Source: Gemmatimonadales bacterium (GTDB taxonomy: Bacteria; Gemmatimonadota; Gemmatimonadetes; Gemmatimonadales; GWC2-71-9). From it: 64,000 nt of DNA. The notes under the pieces are model-generated. The model ran no database searches. It had not been told where the DNA came from and was given only the letters and a program-made list of their open reading frames with translations. The stretch covers positions 352,001-416,000 of the forward strand of contig JBBCJC010000005.1 in assembly GCA_037189525.1 (NCBI GenBank), in the 5' to 3' direction. Positions 37,932 to 50,133 of the stretch are shown here, piece by piece (within the stretch, counting starts at the first letter, position 1; the number at the start of each line of letters is the position of its first letter). The position numbers and the translations under genes were made by a program.

Positions 37932-39122
37932 ATGCACCTCGATTCAACCACGCTGGCAACCCGGGCCGTCTGGGCCGGCGAACACGCCGACGCAGAGACT
38001 CTCGCGCATGCCTCACAGATTCCGCTGGTACGGAGCGCTTCATTCAGTTATTCGGACTACGACGAATGGCTGGCCGTGGCCCAGGGAACCCGCCCCGGAC
38101 ACATCTACAGTCGCAATACCAACCCGACGGTGGCCGCGTTCGAAGAGAAGATCCGGTCGCTGGAATGCGCCGAGGCGGCCATCGGCTTTGCCAGCGGGAT
38201 GGCGGCCATCAGCAACACCCTCTTTACGCTCCTGGCCCCCGGCGACCGCGTCGTGTCCATCAAGGACTCCTATGGCGCCACCAGCCGCCTGTTCCTCGAA
38301 TTGCTGCCGAGGATCGGGGTCGAGGCAACCCTCTGCGACAGCACCGATCATGCACAGATCGAAGCCGAAGTCGCCAAGGGGTGCCGGGTGCTCTACTTCG
38401 AAACCCCGACCAACCCGACGCTCAAGGTGCTCGACATTGCCCGGCTCGCGAAGGCAGGCCACGCCGCTGGCGCCATCGTGGTGGTCGACAACACCTTTGC
38501 CACGCCGATCAATTGCCGGCCGATCACGCTCGGTGCGGATCTGGTGGTCCACAGCGCAACCAAGTTCCTGGGGGGCCATGAAGACGCCGTCGGCGGAACC
38601 CTCTGCGGCTCGCGTTCACTGGTACAACGGGTCTTTCAATACCGCGAAATCACCGGCGCCTGCCTGAGCCCCGATACGGCGTACCTCCTGCTCCGCGGCA
38701 TGAAGACGCTGGCGCTCCGGGTCGAGCGACAGAATGCATCGGCGCAGTTGGTGGCGGAGTTTCTCCGCTCGCATCCCGCCGTCGGATCGGTCCACTATCC
38801 CGGACTGACCGACGATCCGGGACACGAGATTGCTCGGAAACAGATGAGCGGATTTGGCGGCCTGGTGAGCTTCAGCCTCGCGGCAGGCACCGCGAGGGTC
38901 GGACCGTTTCTCAAAGCCATCCGCCTGGCCCATTGTGCCGCCAGCCTAGGCGGCGTGCAGTCGTTCATCGGACCGCCCGAGACCACCAGCCACGTCGAGT
39001 GCACGCCCGCGCAGCGCGCCGCACTCGGTATTCCAGCCGGGCTGCTCCGGTATTCGATCGGCATCGAAGCCCCGCTGGACCTGATTGCCGATCTGACGCA
39101 GGCCCTCGACAAACCGGCCTGA
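37932..39122 (+). CDS. Cystathionine gamma-synthase/lyase family PLP enzyme
   Basis: YSRNTNPT, FASGMAAI, YFETPTNP, VDNTFATP, HSATKFLGGH. Confidence 0.92.
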   Translation: MHLDSTTLATRAVWAGEHADAETLAHASQIPLVRSASFSYSDYDEWLAVAQGTRPGHIYSRNTNPTVAAFEEKIRSLECAEAAIGFASGMAAISNTLFTLLAPGDRVVSIKDSYGATSRLFLELLPRIGVEATLCDSTDHAQIEAEVAKGCRVLYFETPTNPTLKVLDIARLAKAGHAAGAIVVVDNTFATPINCRPITLGADLVVHSATKFLGGHEDAVGGTLCGSRSLVQRVFQYREITGACLSPDTAYLLLRGMKTLALRVERQNASAQLVAEFLRSHPAVGSVHYPGLTDDPGHEIARKQMSGFGGLVSFSLAAGTARVGPFLKAIRLAHCAASLGGVQSFIGPPETTSHVECTPAQRAALGIPAGLLRYSIGIEAPLDLIADLTQALDKPA

Positions 39123-39158
39123 TCCGGTCGATACTCCGGCCCTCACGCATGACGGAGT

Positions 39159-40025
39159 GTGCCCGTGTCGCAACCATCGGAATCGCCCCGTTCTCCTCGG
39201 CCGGATCTACTGCCGGCCGGGGCGTTCTTCGGCGAGACGCTGCGCACCGCCCGACTCGACAGTTTCGTCGTTACCGAAGTGCAGACGCCGGCCGGACTGA
39301 AGACCGCATTCCACGCCCACGAACGCGCCTATTTCGAACTGGTGCTCGAAGGTCGCTGGTTCGAACAATGCGGCCGGCACGAACGAGCGCTCGAACCCTG
39401 GCTGGTCATCTATCACCCTCCGGGCGAGCGGCATCGCAACCGATTTCCCGGCCTTCCGGGGCGTTCCCTCCACGTCGAAATCAGCGATACCTGGGTACGG
39501 CAACTCGGTGCGCACGATTTTGCCATCGATCGGTCGCTGGAATCCCGAAGCCGCGAGGTCGTGACGCCCCTGCTCCGCCTGGTCCACGAGGTGCGCCAGC
39601 CGGATCGGTGGTCCGAGCTCTCCGTGGCGGGGTCGGTACTGGAGGTTGCCTCACTGCTGGGCCGCGACGTCGACCGGCAGCGCACCGGGACGATCCCGGC
39701 ATGGGTGGACCAGCTGGAGGAGATTCTGCGCAGCGAATATGCCGGAGTATTCTCGCTGACCGAGGTGGCACGTCGTCTGGGGGTTCGCCCCTTCACCCTG
39801 ACGCGGGGTTTTCGTCAGCGATTCGGATGCGTTCCCAGCGAGTACCTGCGGCGGTTACGCGTGGAGCATGTGGCCCGCGCGCTCCGTACGGGAGACCATC
39901 CGCTCAGCGTCATTGCCGCATCCAGCGGCTTTGCCGACCAGAGCCACATGACACGCGTCTTCCGGGCCTACACCGGACACACGCCCGGTGCATTCCGCCG
40001 TCGCGAATCTCGGCACGCGCACTGA
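39159..40025 (+). CDS. AraC family transcriptional regulator
   Basis: Cupin HAHE motif; C-terminal LSVIAASSGFADQSHMTRVFRAYTGHTPGAFR. Confidence 0.92.
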   Translation: MPVSQPSESPRSPRPDLLPAGAFFGETLRTARLDSFVVTEVQTPAGLKTAFHAHERAYFELVLEGRWFEQCGRHERALEPWLVIYHPPGERHRNRFPGLPGRSLHVEISDTWVRQLGAHDFAIDRSLESRSREVVTPLLRLVHEVRQPDRWSELSVAGSVLEVASLLGRDVDRQRTGTIPAWVDQLEEILRSEYAGVFSLTEVARRLGVRPFTLTRGFRQRFGCVPSEYLRRLRVEHVARALRTGDHPLSVIAASSGFADQSHMTRVFRAYTGHTPGAFRRRESRHAH

Positions 40026-40045
40026 TTGTCGTACGGAATACGAAG

Positions 40046-41637
<1,592 letters not shown>

Positions 41638-41694
41638 TCAAAGACAAATCGATGCCGGGGCTAAGGATAGGCGTCCCCGGCACGCTCCGCCAAC

Positions 41695-42414
41695 TCAGGG
41701 CCGGGCCCCGAGCCTGAGCAGGGTTTCCCGGGTCCGATCGGCCAGCCCATCCCGTTCTGCATAATCGAGGCCGTCCGTGGCAATCGGGGTCCCGAGCCGG
41801 ACCGTGACGACCCCCGGCCGCGGCGCCACACTCCCCTTGGGAAGCCGCTCGTAGGTCTCACAGTAGACCGGCACGACGGGTACCTGCGCAGAGATCGCCA
41901 GGACGAACGGCCCCTTCTTGAACGACTGGAGGCTGCCGTTCGGACTCCGGGTCCCCTCGGCAAAGACGATGGCGGAGACACCGCCCCGAATCTGCTCCGC
42001 AGCATGGTCATACGATGCGAAGGCCGACCCCCGGTTGCCCCGATCGATCGAAACGTGTCCCAAGGCGTTGATGGCCCAGCCGAGAAACGGGACCCGGGAA
42101 AGTTCCTTCTTGAAGACGAACCGGAGCACGCCAGGCAACGCAACCAGCAGCGCCCAGATATCGACCCACGACTGATGGTTCGAGATGAACACGACCGGCT
42201 GCCCCGGCGGCATCCGCTCCAGCCCTTCCACCTGCACCGAGATTCCCGTCGATGCCAGCATGGCGCGCCCGTACGACCGCTGAATCCGATCGTAGACTCC
42301 GCCCGGCACCGGTTGGATCCGAAAGATCAGCGCGACCAGGATGCGAGCGGCATAGTACACCGTGAACACCGCGCTCGCGATGAAGTACCGCGTCGCATAG
42401 AAGAAAAGCATCAT
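41695..42414 (-). CDS. plsC: 1-acyl-sn-glycerol-3-phosphate acyltransferase
   Basis: NHQSWVD, FAEGTRS, FKKGPF. Confidence 0.9.
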   Translation of the reverse strand: MMLFFYATRYFIASAVFTVYYAARILVALIFRIQPVPGGVYDRIQRSYGRAMLASTGISVQVEGLERMPPGQPVVFISNHQSWVDIWALLVALPGVLRFVFKKELSRVPFLGWAINALGHVSIDRGNRGSAFASYDHAAEQIRGGVSAIVFAEGTRSPNGSLQSFKKGPFVLAISAQVPVVPVYCETYERLPKGSVAPRPGVVTVRLGTPIATDGLDYAERDGLADRTRETLLRLGARP

Positions 42415-43355
42415 CGAAAATGATCGAAGCCGTTGAGGCGGACAGGCTGACCGGCAAATCGCAGCGAGATCCCCGCCCCCTCCACCACGCGGCCGATGCG
42501 CGTCAACGGAAGGCCGTCCGGCAGCCCCTCCGCGAGGTCGACATCTGCCGGCAAGGTCACGAGCAACTCGTAATCCTCCCCACCCACCGCCGCAAACAGC
42601 TGGGGAGCTTCACCGACCAGCGCAGCAACCGCCGGCAGGGCCGGATCGATCGGCACGTCGTCCAGATCGACCTCCAGCCGGACCGCACTGGCGGCCGCCA
42701 GGTGGCCGAGATCGCCTGCGAGGCCGTCGCTCAGGTCGAGCATGGCGGTGGCTCGGTGCGCGGCAAGCCACTGCCCTGCTTCGACGCGGGGCGCCGGCCG
42801 CGCAAATCGGCGGCGATGCTCCGGCTCAGGAGCGCGATGACGGCGCCACGACTCGAGCGCCGCGCGGGCACCGCCCAAGGTGCCGGTCACCCAGATCGCG
42901 TCGCCCACGCGGGCGCCTGATCGGCGGACAGGATGGTCCGTTCGGCCCAGCACCGTGACCGTCACGGCCAATTGCGTTCCTCGGCTCAGGTCGCCTCCCA
43001 CCACCTGCGCACCGACCGAATGGGCCGCGGCGCCGGCTCCCCGCATCAGCGCCGCCAGCAGGTCGGTCGGATCGGACTCCGGCAACACGACCGCCACGAG
43101 GGCCGCATCCGCCGACGCGCCTACCGCGGCCAGGTCGGACAGCCCGGCTGCCGTCGCCCGCCAGCCGATTTCCTCCGGATCGAGCCAGGCGCGCCGGAAA
43201 TGGACCTCGTCGACACTCACATCCGTGCTGGCGCACCAGCCGCCGGGCAGAAAGGCGCAGTCGTCGCCCAGATGCCGGGCGTCGTCGCCCAAGGCCTCGG
43301 CGATGGCCCGGACCCGATCGAACTCGCCACCGCTGCCGAGCCGCGTGCCCGTCAC
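42411..43355 (-). CDS. thiL: Thiamine-monophosphate kinase
   Basis: GTG at 43355; GEF, LGDDCA, VHF, LSDLAAVGA, GGDL, DLSDGL, GGEDYELL. Confidence 0.93.
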   Translation of the reverse strand: MTGTRLGSGGEFDRVRAIAEALGDDARHLGDDCAFLPGGWCASTDVSVDEVHFRRAWLDPEEIGWRATAAGLSDLAAVGASADAALVAVVLPESDPTDLLAALMRGAGAAAHSVGAQVVGGDLSRGTQLAVTVTVLGRTDHPVRRSGARVGDAIWVTGTLGGARAALESWRRHRAPEPEHRRRFARPAPRVEAGQWLAAHRATAMLDLSDGLAGDLGHLAAASAVRLEVDLDDVPIDPALPAVAALVGEAPQLFAAVGGEDYELLVTLPADVDLAEGLPDGLPLTRIGRVVEGAGISLRFAGQPVRLNGFDHFR

Positions 43356-43356
43356 C

Positions 43357-44910
43357 TCAGACTCCGACCGGCGCGGGGAGGGTGTGCAGCACCGGCGCCG
43401 GTGCCGCCGAGACCTCGCGCCGGACCTGATCCCACCGCCGCCAGACATCGGGCAGCGCAGCGATCACGTCCATCGGGCGCACCGAGCGCGCGGTCAGGCG
43501 GCGCGCGGCGTGATCCGCAGCTTCGCCCATTGCATGCGCAGCTGCCGCTGCAGTCAGTCCGGGTTCCCCTCGCTGCGCCAGCCAGGCGCCGATCACACCG
43601 CTCAGGGTGTCCCCGCTCCCGCCGGTTGCCAAGCCGGGATTGCCGGCTGCCACGGTGATTGCGGCATGACCCGGCCCGGCCACCACGGTCGGGACCCCTT
43701 TGAGCAGCACCGTCGCGCCCAACAGCGCGGCCGCCTCGGTTGCGGCAGCCCAGGGATCGACGCCAAGGGATGAAGCGAGTTCAGGAAAGAGGGCGCGAAA
43801 CTCTCCGGCGTGCGGGGTCAGGACCGCGGTACGCCCGGCGAGGATCTCGGCCAAGCGGACCGGACTGCCCTGAAAGGCCATCAGCGCATCCGCGTCAACG
43901 ACGAGCGGCGCCTGGCCAATAGCCGCCAGCGCGCCGACGAAATCGGCCCGGTCGCCTTGGCGGCCAAGCCCGGGGCCGATCACCAGAGCATCGGCCTTGG
44001 ACGCAAGCTCCGCAAGGGCGTCGCTTGGCCGATCGAATCCCGTGGCCACGGTCTGCAGATCGGGCTCGGCTCCTGCCAGCACGGCCAACGCTTCGGGCGG
44101 CGCCGCCACGTGAACCAGACCAGCCCCCGCCGCAAACGCCGCCCGCGCTGCAAGCCGCGCAGCCCCGGTCATCCCGACGTCGCCGCCGACGATGACCACC
44201 CGGCCCCGGGTTCCCTTGTGGCTGGACGCCGCCAACCGGGTCGCCGCTTTGACCGCATCGCGCTCGCGTAGCACGGTCGGCCACTCGGCGGGCGCCGGCA
44301 CGAACCCGATATCGAGGACCATGACGTCGCCGACCTCATCCCGGGCCAGCAGATGCCCGCGACGGTAACCGCCGAACGTGAGCGTGAGATCGGCCGGGAG
44401 CGCATCGCGGGAGACGCCGGTATCGAGATCGAGCCCGGTCGGGCCGTCGATGGCTGCTATGGGAAGGTCGAGTTCGGCCAGGCGGGCCAGGAGCGAGGTC
44501 ATCGGCGGACGGGGACGGCCCGAGGCGCCGGTTCCGAGCAGCGCGTCGACCACCAGGCCGACCGCGGGCCAGGGTCCGTCGGCCTCGAGCGCCCGAACCG
44601 AGGCGACCTCCGCTAGCTGCGCTTGCAGCCGATTGAGCGGTGAGGTGTTCCCGGCAACTGGCACGACCCAGACGGGCCACCCCAGTTGATGCAGCGTACG
44701 AGCTATCACCCAGCCGTCGCCGCCGTTGTTTCCGGGGCCGGCTGCAATCAAGGTGCCCCGCCCCATCGCCGCGCCGTATCGGGCGGTAAGAACGGCCGCC
44801 GCCGCGCGACCGGCGTTTTCCATCAGCGCCGCGGCCGGCAGACCCGCATCGACCGTCAATCGATCCCAGGCAGATGCTTGCTGAGCAGAAACGACGGGAA
44901 GTGCCGACAT
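43357..44910 (-). CDS. nnr: Bifunctional NAD(P)H-hydrate epimerase/dehydratase
   Basis: LMENAG, GPGNNGGDG, DALLGTG, HKGTRG, VDADAL, LTPHAGEF, LATGGSGDTLSG. Confidence 0.95.
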   Translation of the reverse strand: MSALPVVSAQQASAWDRLTVDAGLPAAALMENAGRAAAAVLTARYGAAMGRGTLIAAGPGNNGGDGWVIARTLHQLGWPVWVVPVAGNTSPLNRLQAQLAEVASVRALEADGPWPAVGLVVDALLGTGASGRPRPPMTSLLARLAELDLPIAAIDGPTGLDLDTGVSRDALPADLTLTFGGYRRGHLLARDEVGDVMVLDIGFVPAPAEWPTVLRERDAVKAATRLAASSHKGTRGRVVIVGGDVGMTGAARLAARAAFAAGAGLVHVAAPPEALAVLAGAEPDLQTVATGFDRPSDALAELASKADALVIGPGLGRQGDRADFVGALAAIGQAPLVVDADALMAFQGSPVRLAEILAGRTAVLTPHAGEFRALFPELASSLGVDPWAAATEAAALLGATVLLKGVPTVVAGPGHAAITVAAGNPGLATGGSGDTLSGVIGAWLAQRGEPGLTAAAAAHAMGEAADHAARRLTARSVRPMDVIAALPDVWRRWDQVRREVSAAPAPVLHTLPAPVGV

Positions 44911-44937
44911 GCCGATCGCCCTCCTCCAGCGTTTCCG

Positions 44938-45366
44938 CTAGGCTCCGCGCTCGGAAGTCTCGCCCCGGCTCCGACGGCAGGCGTTGCGCGGTACCCCGCG
45001 CCACAGGTACGACTCGGAAAAGACCTGATCGAAATCGTAGACCGCATGAAAGTCTTCGACCCGATCGTCCGGCTGCGTGATCAGCAGACCGACCTCCACC
45101 AGCGCAAAGACGATCCGCCCGATATCGCCGGTGCGCCGAATGCCCCAATGGCTCAGCACCTGCTGAGCCATCAGGCCATACTGTTCGAGCGCATGATCAC
45201 GACAGGCCCGGGCCAGTTCCTGCCCGGTCACATGGCGCCGGATGGTCAGCCGGTTCTGGATGTACTCGATGCTTTCGAGCACGAACAGATACGCCTGCTC
45301 ATCGTAGTGGCTTTCCGACCGACGGAGTCGATCGACCAGCTCGGGCGCCAGGCGGATCTCGATCAC
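44938..45366 (-). CDS. Minf_1886-like conserved protein
   Basis: [44 protein letters not shown]. Confidence 0.8.
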   Translation of the reverse strand: MIEIRLAPELVDRLRRSESHYDEQAYLFVLESIEYIQNRLTIRRHVTGQELARACRDHALEQYGLMAQQVLSHWGIRRTGDIGRIVFALVEVGLLITQPDDRVEDFHAVYDFDQVFSESYLWRGVPRNACRRSRGETSERGA

Positions 45367-46703
45367 GATCGCTTCCGCGCTCCGGTGGCAACGCCGACCG
45401 AACGCCGGCCGGTCGGATGCCCATTGCCGCTCGCAGCCTGCGCGGCAGTCGGGCCCGGCGGATAGAGCGGATATCCCGACGCCAGACTGCGTACCTTACG
45501 ACCAACCCTGGCAATCGTCGCCTCGTCGGGCGAGGTCAGCACCTGGTCGATCAGTTCGGCAATCGTGTCCATCTCCACCTCTCCCATCCCGCGGGTAGTG
45601 ACGGCCGGAGTGCCGAGACGGATTCCGCTCGTCACGAACGGGGAGGCAGGATCGTTCGGAATCGTATTGCGATTGACCGTGATGCCGGCATGCTCCAGCG
45701 CCGTCTCGGCCGCTTTGCCCGTGATATTCCGGCTCCGCACATCGACCAGCATGACGTGCGAATCGGTGCCGTCGGCAATGATCCGGAAGCCCCGATCCAT
45801 CAGGCCGGCCGCCAGTCGCTTGGCATTGGCCACGACCTGCGCCGCATAGACCCGGAACTCCGGCAGCTGCGCTTCACCGAAGGAGACGGCTTTGGCCGCA
45901 ATGACGTGCTCGAGCGGACCACCCTGCGTCCCCGGGAACACCGACCGATCGATGGCGCGGCCCAGATCGGCCTGTGCCAGGATCAGCCCGCCCCGCGGTC
46001 CGCGCAGCGTCTTGTGCGTCGTCGTGGTAACCACCTGCGCATGCGGCACCGGCGACGGATAGACCCCGCCGGCCACCAGCCCGGCAAAGTGCGCCATGTC
46101 GACCAGCAGCCTGGCACCGACCTCGTCGGCGATGGCCCGGAATCCGGCAAAATCGATGATCCGCGAATAGGCGCTGCCGCCGCAGACGATCAGCTTGGGC
46201 TGCTCCCGGAGCGCAATGGCCCGCACCTCGTCGAGTTCGATCAGACCGGTGTCCGGATTGACCCCGTAGTGCACCGCGCGCCAGATGGTCCCGCTGTGAT
46301 TGACATTGTGCCCGTGCGACAGATGCCCACCATGCGACAGCGACATGCCGAGCAGAGTTTCGCCGGGCGGAATCAGCGCCATGAAGGCCGCGAAATTCGC
46401 CTGCGCACCCGAATGTGGCTGGACGTTGGCGTACTCGGCACCGAACAGCGCCTTGGCCCGATCGATGGCCAGCTGCTCGACTTCGTCGATGACCTGATTG
46501 CCACCGTAGTAGCGCTTGCCCGGATACCCTTCGGAATATTTGTTGGTCAGCGGGGTGCCCATCGCATCGATCACCGCCCGCGACGCGAAGTTCTCGCTCG
46601 CAATCAGTTCGAGCCCGTCCCGCTGCCGGGTGAGCTCCCGATCGACCATCGCCGCCACCACCGGATCGGCAACGCGTAACGCTGCCGCATGATCGTACGT
46701 CAT
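45363..46703 (-). CDS. glyA: Serine hydroxymethyltransferase
   Basis: [34 protein letters not shown]. Confidence 0.99.
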   Translation of the reverse strand: MTYDHAAALRVADPVVAAMVDRELTRQRDGLELIASENFASRAVIDAMGTPLTNKYSEGYPGKRYYGGNQVIDEVEQLAIDRAKALFGAEYANVQPHSGAQANFAAFMALIPPGETLLGMSLSHGGHLSHGHNVNHSGTIWRAVHYGVNPDTGLIELDEVRAIALREQPKLIVCGGSAYSRIIDFAGFRAIADEVGARLLVDMAHFAGLVAGGVYPSPVPHAQVVTTTTHKTLRGPRGGLILAQADLGRAIDRSVFPGTQGGPLEHVIAAKAVSFGEAQLPEFRVYAAQVVANAKRLAAGLMDRGFRIIADGTDSHVMLVDVRSRNITGKAAETALEHAGITVNRNTIPNDPASPFVTSGIRLGTPAVTTRGMGEVEMDTIAELIDQVLTSPDEATIARVGRKVRSLASGYPLYPPGPTAAQAASGNGHPTGRRSVGVATGARKRS

Positions 46704-47143
46704 TCGTTCTCCACTTCGATTTTGGCGACCCGGCGCTCATGGCGTCCGCCTTCGAACGGCGTGTCCAGCCAGGTACGCAGGATCTCGAGTCCCTGGTCTT
46801 CGGTCACGAATCGCGCCGGAAGAACCAGGACATTGGCATCATTGTGTTCGCGCGCCAGCGCGGCGATATCCGGCGCCCAGGCCACCGCCGCCCGCACGCC
46901 GTGGTGCCGATTGGCCGCGTAGGACATCCCGAGCCCGGTTCCGCAGAGGAGTACGCCGCGTTTGGCATTGCCCCGCGCCACCCGATCGGCCACGATGTGG
47001 GCATAGTCGGGATAGTCGGTCGAATCGGTCGAGTGTGTTCCGACATCCTCCGGGGCGTAGCCCAGGCGCTTCAACTCCTCGACGATGCGCTCCTTGAGCG
47101 CAAAGCCGGCGTGATCGGCCCCGATCGGAATGGTCTCGGCCAT
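46700..47143 (-). CDS. rpiB: Ribose 5-phosphate isomerase B
   Basis: [32 protein letters not shown]. Confidence 0.97.
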   Translation of the reverse strand: MAETIPIGADHAGFALKERIVEELKRLGYAPEDVGTHSTDSTDYPDYAHIVADRVARGNAKRGVLLCGTGLGMSYAANRHHGVRAAVAWAPDIAALAREHNDANVLVLPARFVTEDQGLEILRTWLDTPFEGGRHERRVAKIEVENE

Positions 47144-47152
47144 CGGAATACC

Positions 47153-47995
47153 TCAGTAGGTGTAGAAGCCTTTTTTCGACTTCCGGCCCAGATAGCCGGC
47201 CGCCACCATCCGGCGCAGCAGCGGACAGGGACGATACTTGGGATCGCCCAGCCCCTTGTGCATCACCTCGAGGATGGCGAGGCAGACATCGAGCCCGATG
47301 AAATCCGCCAACGCGAGCGGCCCCATCGGGTGCGCCATGCCCAGCTTCATCACCGTGTCGACCGACTCGGGCGTCGCGACGCCCTCCATCACCGTGTAGA
47401 TCGCTTCGTTGATCATCGGCATCAGGATCCGGTTGGCCACGAAGCCCGGATAGTCCTGCACTTCGACCGGCGTCTTACCCAGCGCCTTCGAAATCTCGAG
47501 GACGGTGGTGGTGGTCTGGTCGCTGGTGGCATGACCCCGGATCACTTCGACCAGCTGCATCACCGGCACCGGATTCATGAAGTGCATCCCGATGACATTT
47601 TCGGGACGCCGCGTCCGGGCCGCGATCTCGGTGATCGAAATGGAACTGGTGTTGGTCGCCAGAATGGCATCGTCGGCCGCGATCCGGTCGAGCGACTCGA
47701 AGATCGAAAACTTGAGCGGCGGTTGCTCCGTAGCCGCTTCGATGATGATGTTGGCCGACGCGGCCCCCTCGAGCGCCGTCGACGTCTGAATCCGCCCGAG
47801 AATCTGCGGGAGAGCGTCGGTCGGAATGGCGCCCTTCTTGGCCTGCCGATCGAGATTGGACTGGATCGTGGTCCGGGCGCGGTCGAGCGCCTGCTGGGAC
47901 ACGTCGATCAGAGTCACGCTCCAGCCATATTGTGCAAACACGTGGGCGATGCCATTCCCCATCGTCCCCGCGCCGATTACCGCTGCCTGCTTCAT
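47153..47995 (-). CDS. hbd: 3-hydroxybutyryl-CoA dehydrogenase
   Basis: VIGAGTMGNGIA, TNTSSI, GMHFMNP, HPMGPL, YLGRKS. Confidence 0.93.
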   Translation of the reverse strand: MKQAAVIGAGTMGNGIAHVFAQYGWSVTLIDVSQQALDRARTTIQSNLDRQAKKGAIPTDALPQILGRIQTSTALEGAASANIIIEAATEQPPLKFSIFESLDRIAADDAILATNTSSISITEIAARTRRPENVIGMHFMNPVPVMQLVEVIRGHATSDQTTTTVLEISKALGKTPVEVQDYPGFVANRILMPMINEAIYTVMEGVATPESVDTVMKLGMAHPMGPLALADFIGLDVCLAILEVMHKGLGDPKYRPCPLLRRMVAAGYLGRKSKKGFYTY

Positions 47996-48861
47996 GATAC
48001 CTCCCGAAAGTCTCGCCACCGAACCACGAACAGGATTCCGACCGTCAACGCCACGGTCGCCAGTATTCCACCTTCCGGACCGAAAGGTCCTCCGGTTACC
48101 CACGCCGGCTCACCGGGCACGAAATCGATCCACGGGATCTCGAACGGCAATCCGCTCACCGGCGCCGCCAGCGCCGCCAGGGCAACATTCCACCCGAGAT
48201 GCGCGCCCGTGGCCGTCCAGAGCCCGCCTCGAGCGAAAAACGTAAGCCCGAGCAGCACCCCGGCAAGGGCAATGTTTCCGAGCGCGAGGGCCGTCACGCT
48301 CGGATTGGTCCGATGCGCAGCGGCAAAGAGGACGGCCGTTACGACGACCGCCGATGCGCGCCCAATGCCCCGCGCCATCCCGGCCACCGCCACGCCCCGA
48401 AAGGCCAGCTCTTCCATGAATGCCGCCGGCAGCAACATCAGCGCGAGCAAGACCACTCGGCCGAGATAGGCGCCGAAGCTGCCGCCGTCGGGCATCCACT
48501 CGGAGCCGGCTCCCAGACTCAGGCCCAGCGCGCCGATTCCCACCAGCGCACCTACCGCAAATCCCTTCCCGAACCCCGGCACACCTTCGCCGGCACGTAC
48601 GAAGCCCAAAGTGCGCCAGTCGAGTCGGAGCGCCTTGCGACCGATCAGCCACGTCAACGCGCCGAAGACCAGGAGACCGACCGAGGTCTGGATCACCGCG
48701 GCGCCGCTGTACCCGACGGCCCCTGCCGGCAGCCGTTCGAGCAGGAGCCAGTAGATCGTTGCTCCCAGCAAGCCGGTGGCGCTATACCCCACCAGTATGA
48801 AGCCGAGCGACCAGGCAACGGCCCCGATCCGGGACCGCGCACTGGTCGCTTGCGATTCCAC
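47992..48861 (-). CDS. CPBP (Abi/CAAX) intramembrane glutamic endopeptidase
   Basis: EELAFRG, FAAAH, HLGWN, GGPFGPEGG; multiple TM helices. Confidence 0.9.
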   Translation of the reverse strand: MESQATSARSRIGAVAWSLGFILVGYSATGLLGATIYWLLLERLPAGAVGYSGAAVIQTSVGLLVFGALTWLIGRKALRLDWRTLGFVRAGEGVPGFGKGFAVGALVGIGALGLSLGAGSEWMPDGGSFGAYLGRVVLLALMLLPAAFMEELAFRGVAVAGMARGIGRASAVVVTAVLFAAAHRTNPSVTALALGNIALAGVLLGLTFFARGGLWTATGAHLGWNVALAALAAPVSGLPFEIPWIDFVPGEPAWVTGGPFGPEGGILATVALTVGILFVVRWRDFREVS

Positions 48862-48866
48862 GAACG

Positions 48867-50054
48867 TCAGACCGCTTCGACGGACAGCGCGACGGCGTTC
48901 CCTCCACCCAGACAGAGCGTGGCCAATCCGGTCGCCACCCCGCGCGACTTCATGGCGTAGAGCAGCGTGGTCAGGACCCGCGCCCCGCTGGCGCCGATCG
49001 GATGACCCAGCGCAATCGCGCCGCCATGCACGTTGACCCGATCCCAATCCCAACCGAGCGCGCGCCCATCGGCCAGCGCCTGGACCGCAAACGCCTCGTT
49101 GGCTTCGATCAGGCCGTAGTCGCCGATGGTCGTACCGGCCTTCTTCATCAGGTTCTGGACCGCGAAAATTGGCGCGAAGAAGAGATCCTTGGGCTCCCCG
49201 CCGCCGGTGGCGTACCCGGTAATGCGGGCCAACGGCGTCAGACCATGCGCCTTGGCATAGGCGAGCGACGCAACGACCAACGCCGACGAGCCGTCATTGA
49301 GGCCCGGCGCGTTGCCGGCCGTAACGCTGCCCTCTTTGTCGAACGACGGTCTCAGCTTAGCCAGCGATTCGATCGAGGTATCCTTGCGGGGCGATTCGTC
49401 GGTGTCGACGGTCGTGCTGCCCCCCTTGGTGGGCACCGTGACCGGCACGATCTCGGCGTTGAAGATGCCTCCCTCGATCGACGCCACCGCTTTGCGATGG
49501 CTGTCGAATGCATAGCGATCCTGATCGGCCCGCGAGACATCCGCTTTCTTGGCGGTGTACTCGGCCAGATTGCCCATGTGGACGTTACCGAACGAGTCCC
49601 AGAGGCCGTCATGAATCATCCCGTCGACCATGGTCTGATTGCCGGCCTTGATGCCGCTCCGCATCCCGTAGACATAGTGCGGCGACGACGACATCGACTC
49701 CATCCCGCCGGCCACGACCAGCTGGTTGTCGCCCGCTTTGATCGACTGGGCAGCCAGCATCACGGCCTTGAGACCGGAACCGCAAACCTTGTTGATGGTC
49801 AGCGCGGGAATCACGCCGTTCAAGCCCGCCTTGATCATCGCCTGGCGCCCGGAGGCCTGCCCGGAACCGCCCTGCAACACGTGGCCCATGATGACTTCAT
49901 CGATCGCACCGGCGTCGATCCCGGCCCGATGAACGGCTTCTTTGATGGCAATGGCGCCGAGTGCCGGCGCGTTGAACGAAGACAGGCCGCCCAGGTACTT
50001 CCCGATCGGGGTACGGCAGGCCGAGAGAATGACGGGGGTAGTCGCGTCGGACAT
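48867..50054 (-). CDS. Acetyl-CoA C-acetyltransferase (thiolase)
   Basis: NKVCGSG, NEAFA, GHPIGASG, CLGGG. Confidence 0.97.
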   Translation of the reverse strand: MSDATTPVILSACRTPIGKYLGGLSSFNAPALGAIAIKEAVHRAGIDAGAIDEVIMGHVLQGGSGQASGRQAMIKAGLNGVIPALTINKVCGSGLKAVMLAAQSIKAGDNQLVVAGGMESMSSSPHYVYGMRSGIKAGNQTMVDGMIHDGLWDSFGNVHMGNLAEYTAKKADVSRADQDRYAFDSHRKAVASIEGGIFNAEIVPVTVPTKGGSTTVDTDESPRKDTSIESLAKLRPSFDKEGSVTAGNAPGLNDGSSALVVASLAYAKAHGLTPLARITGYATGGGEPKDLFFAPIFAVQNLMKKAGTTIGDYGLIEANEAFAVQALADGRALGWDWDRVNVHGGAIALGHPIGASGARVLTTLLYAMKSRGVATGLATLCLGGGNAVALSVEAV

Positions 50055-50133
50055 GGAACTCTCGATGTCGAAGAATGTACGGCCTAAAAGATAGGCAATC
50101 CGCGGGGTGCCCTGAAGGGGCCGGGATGCGCTG

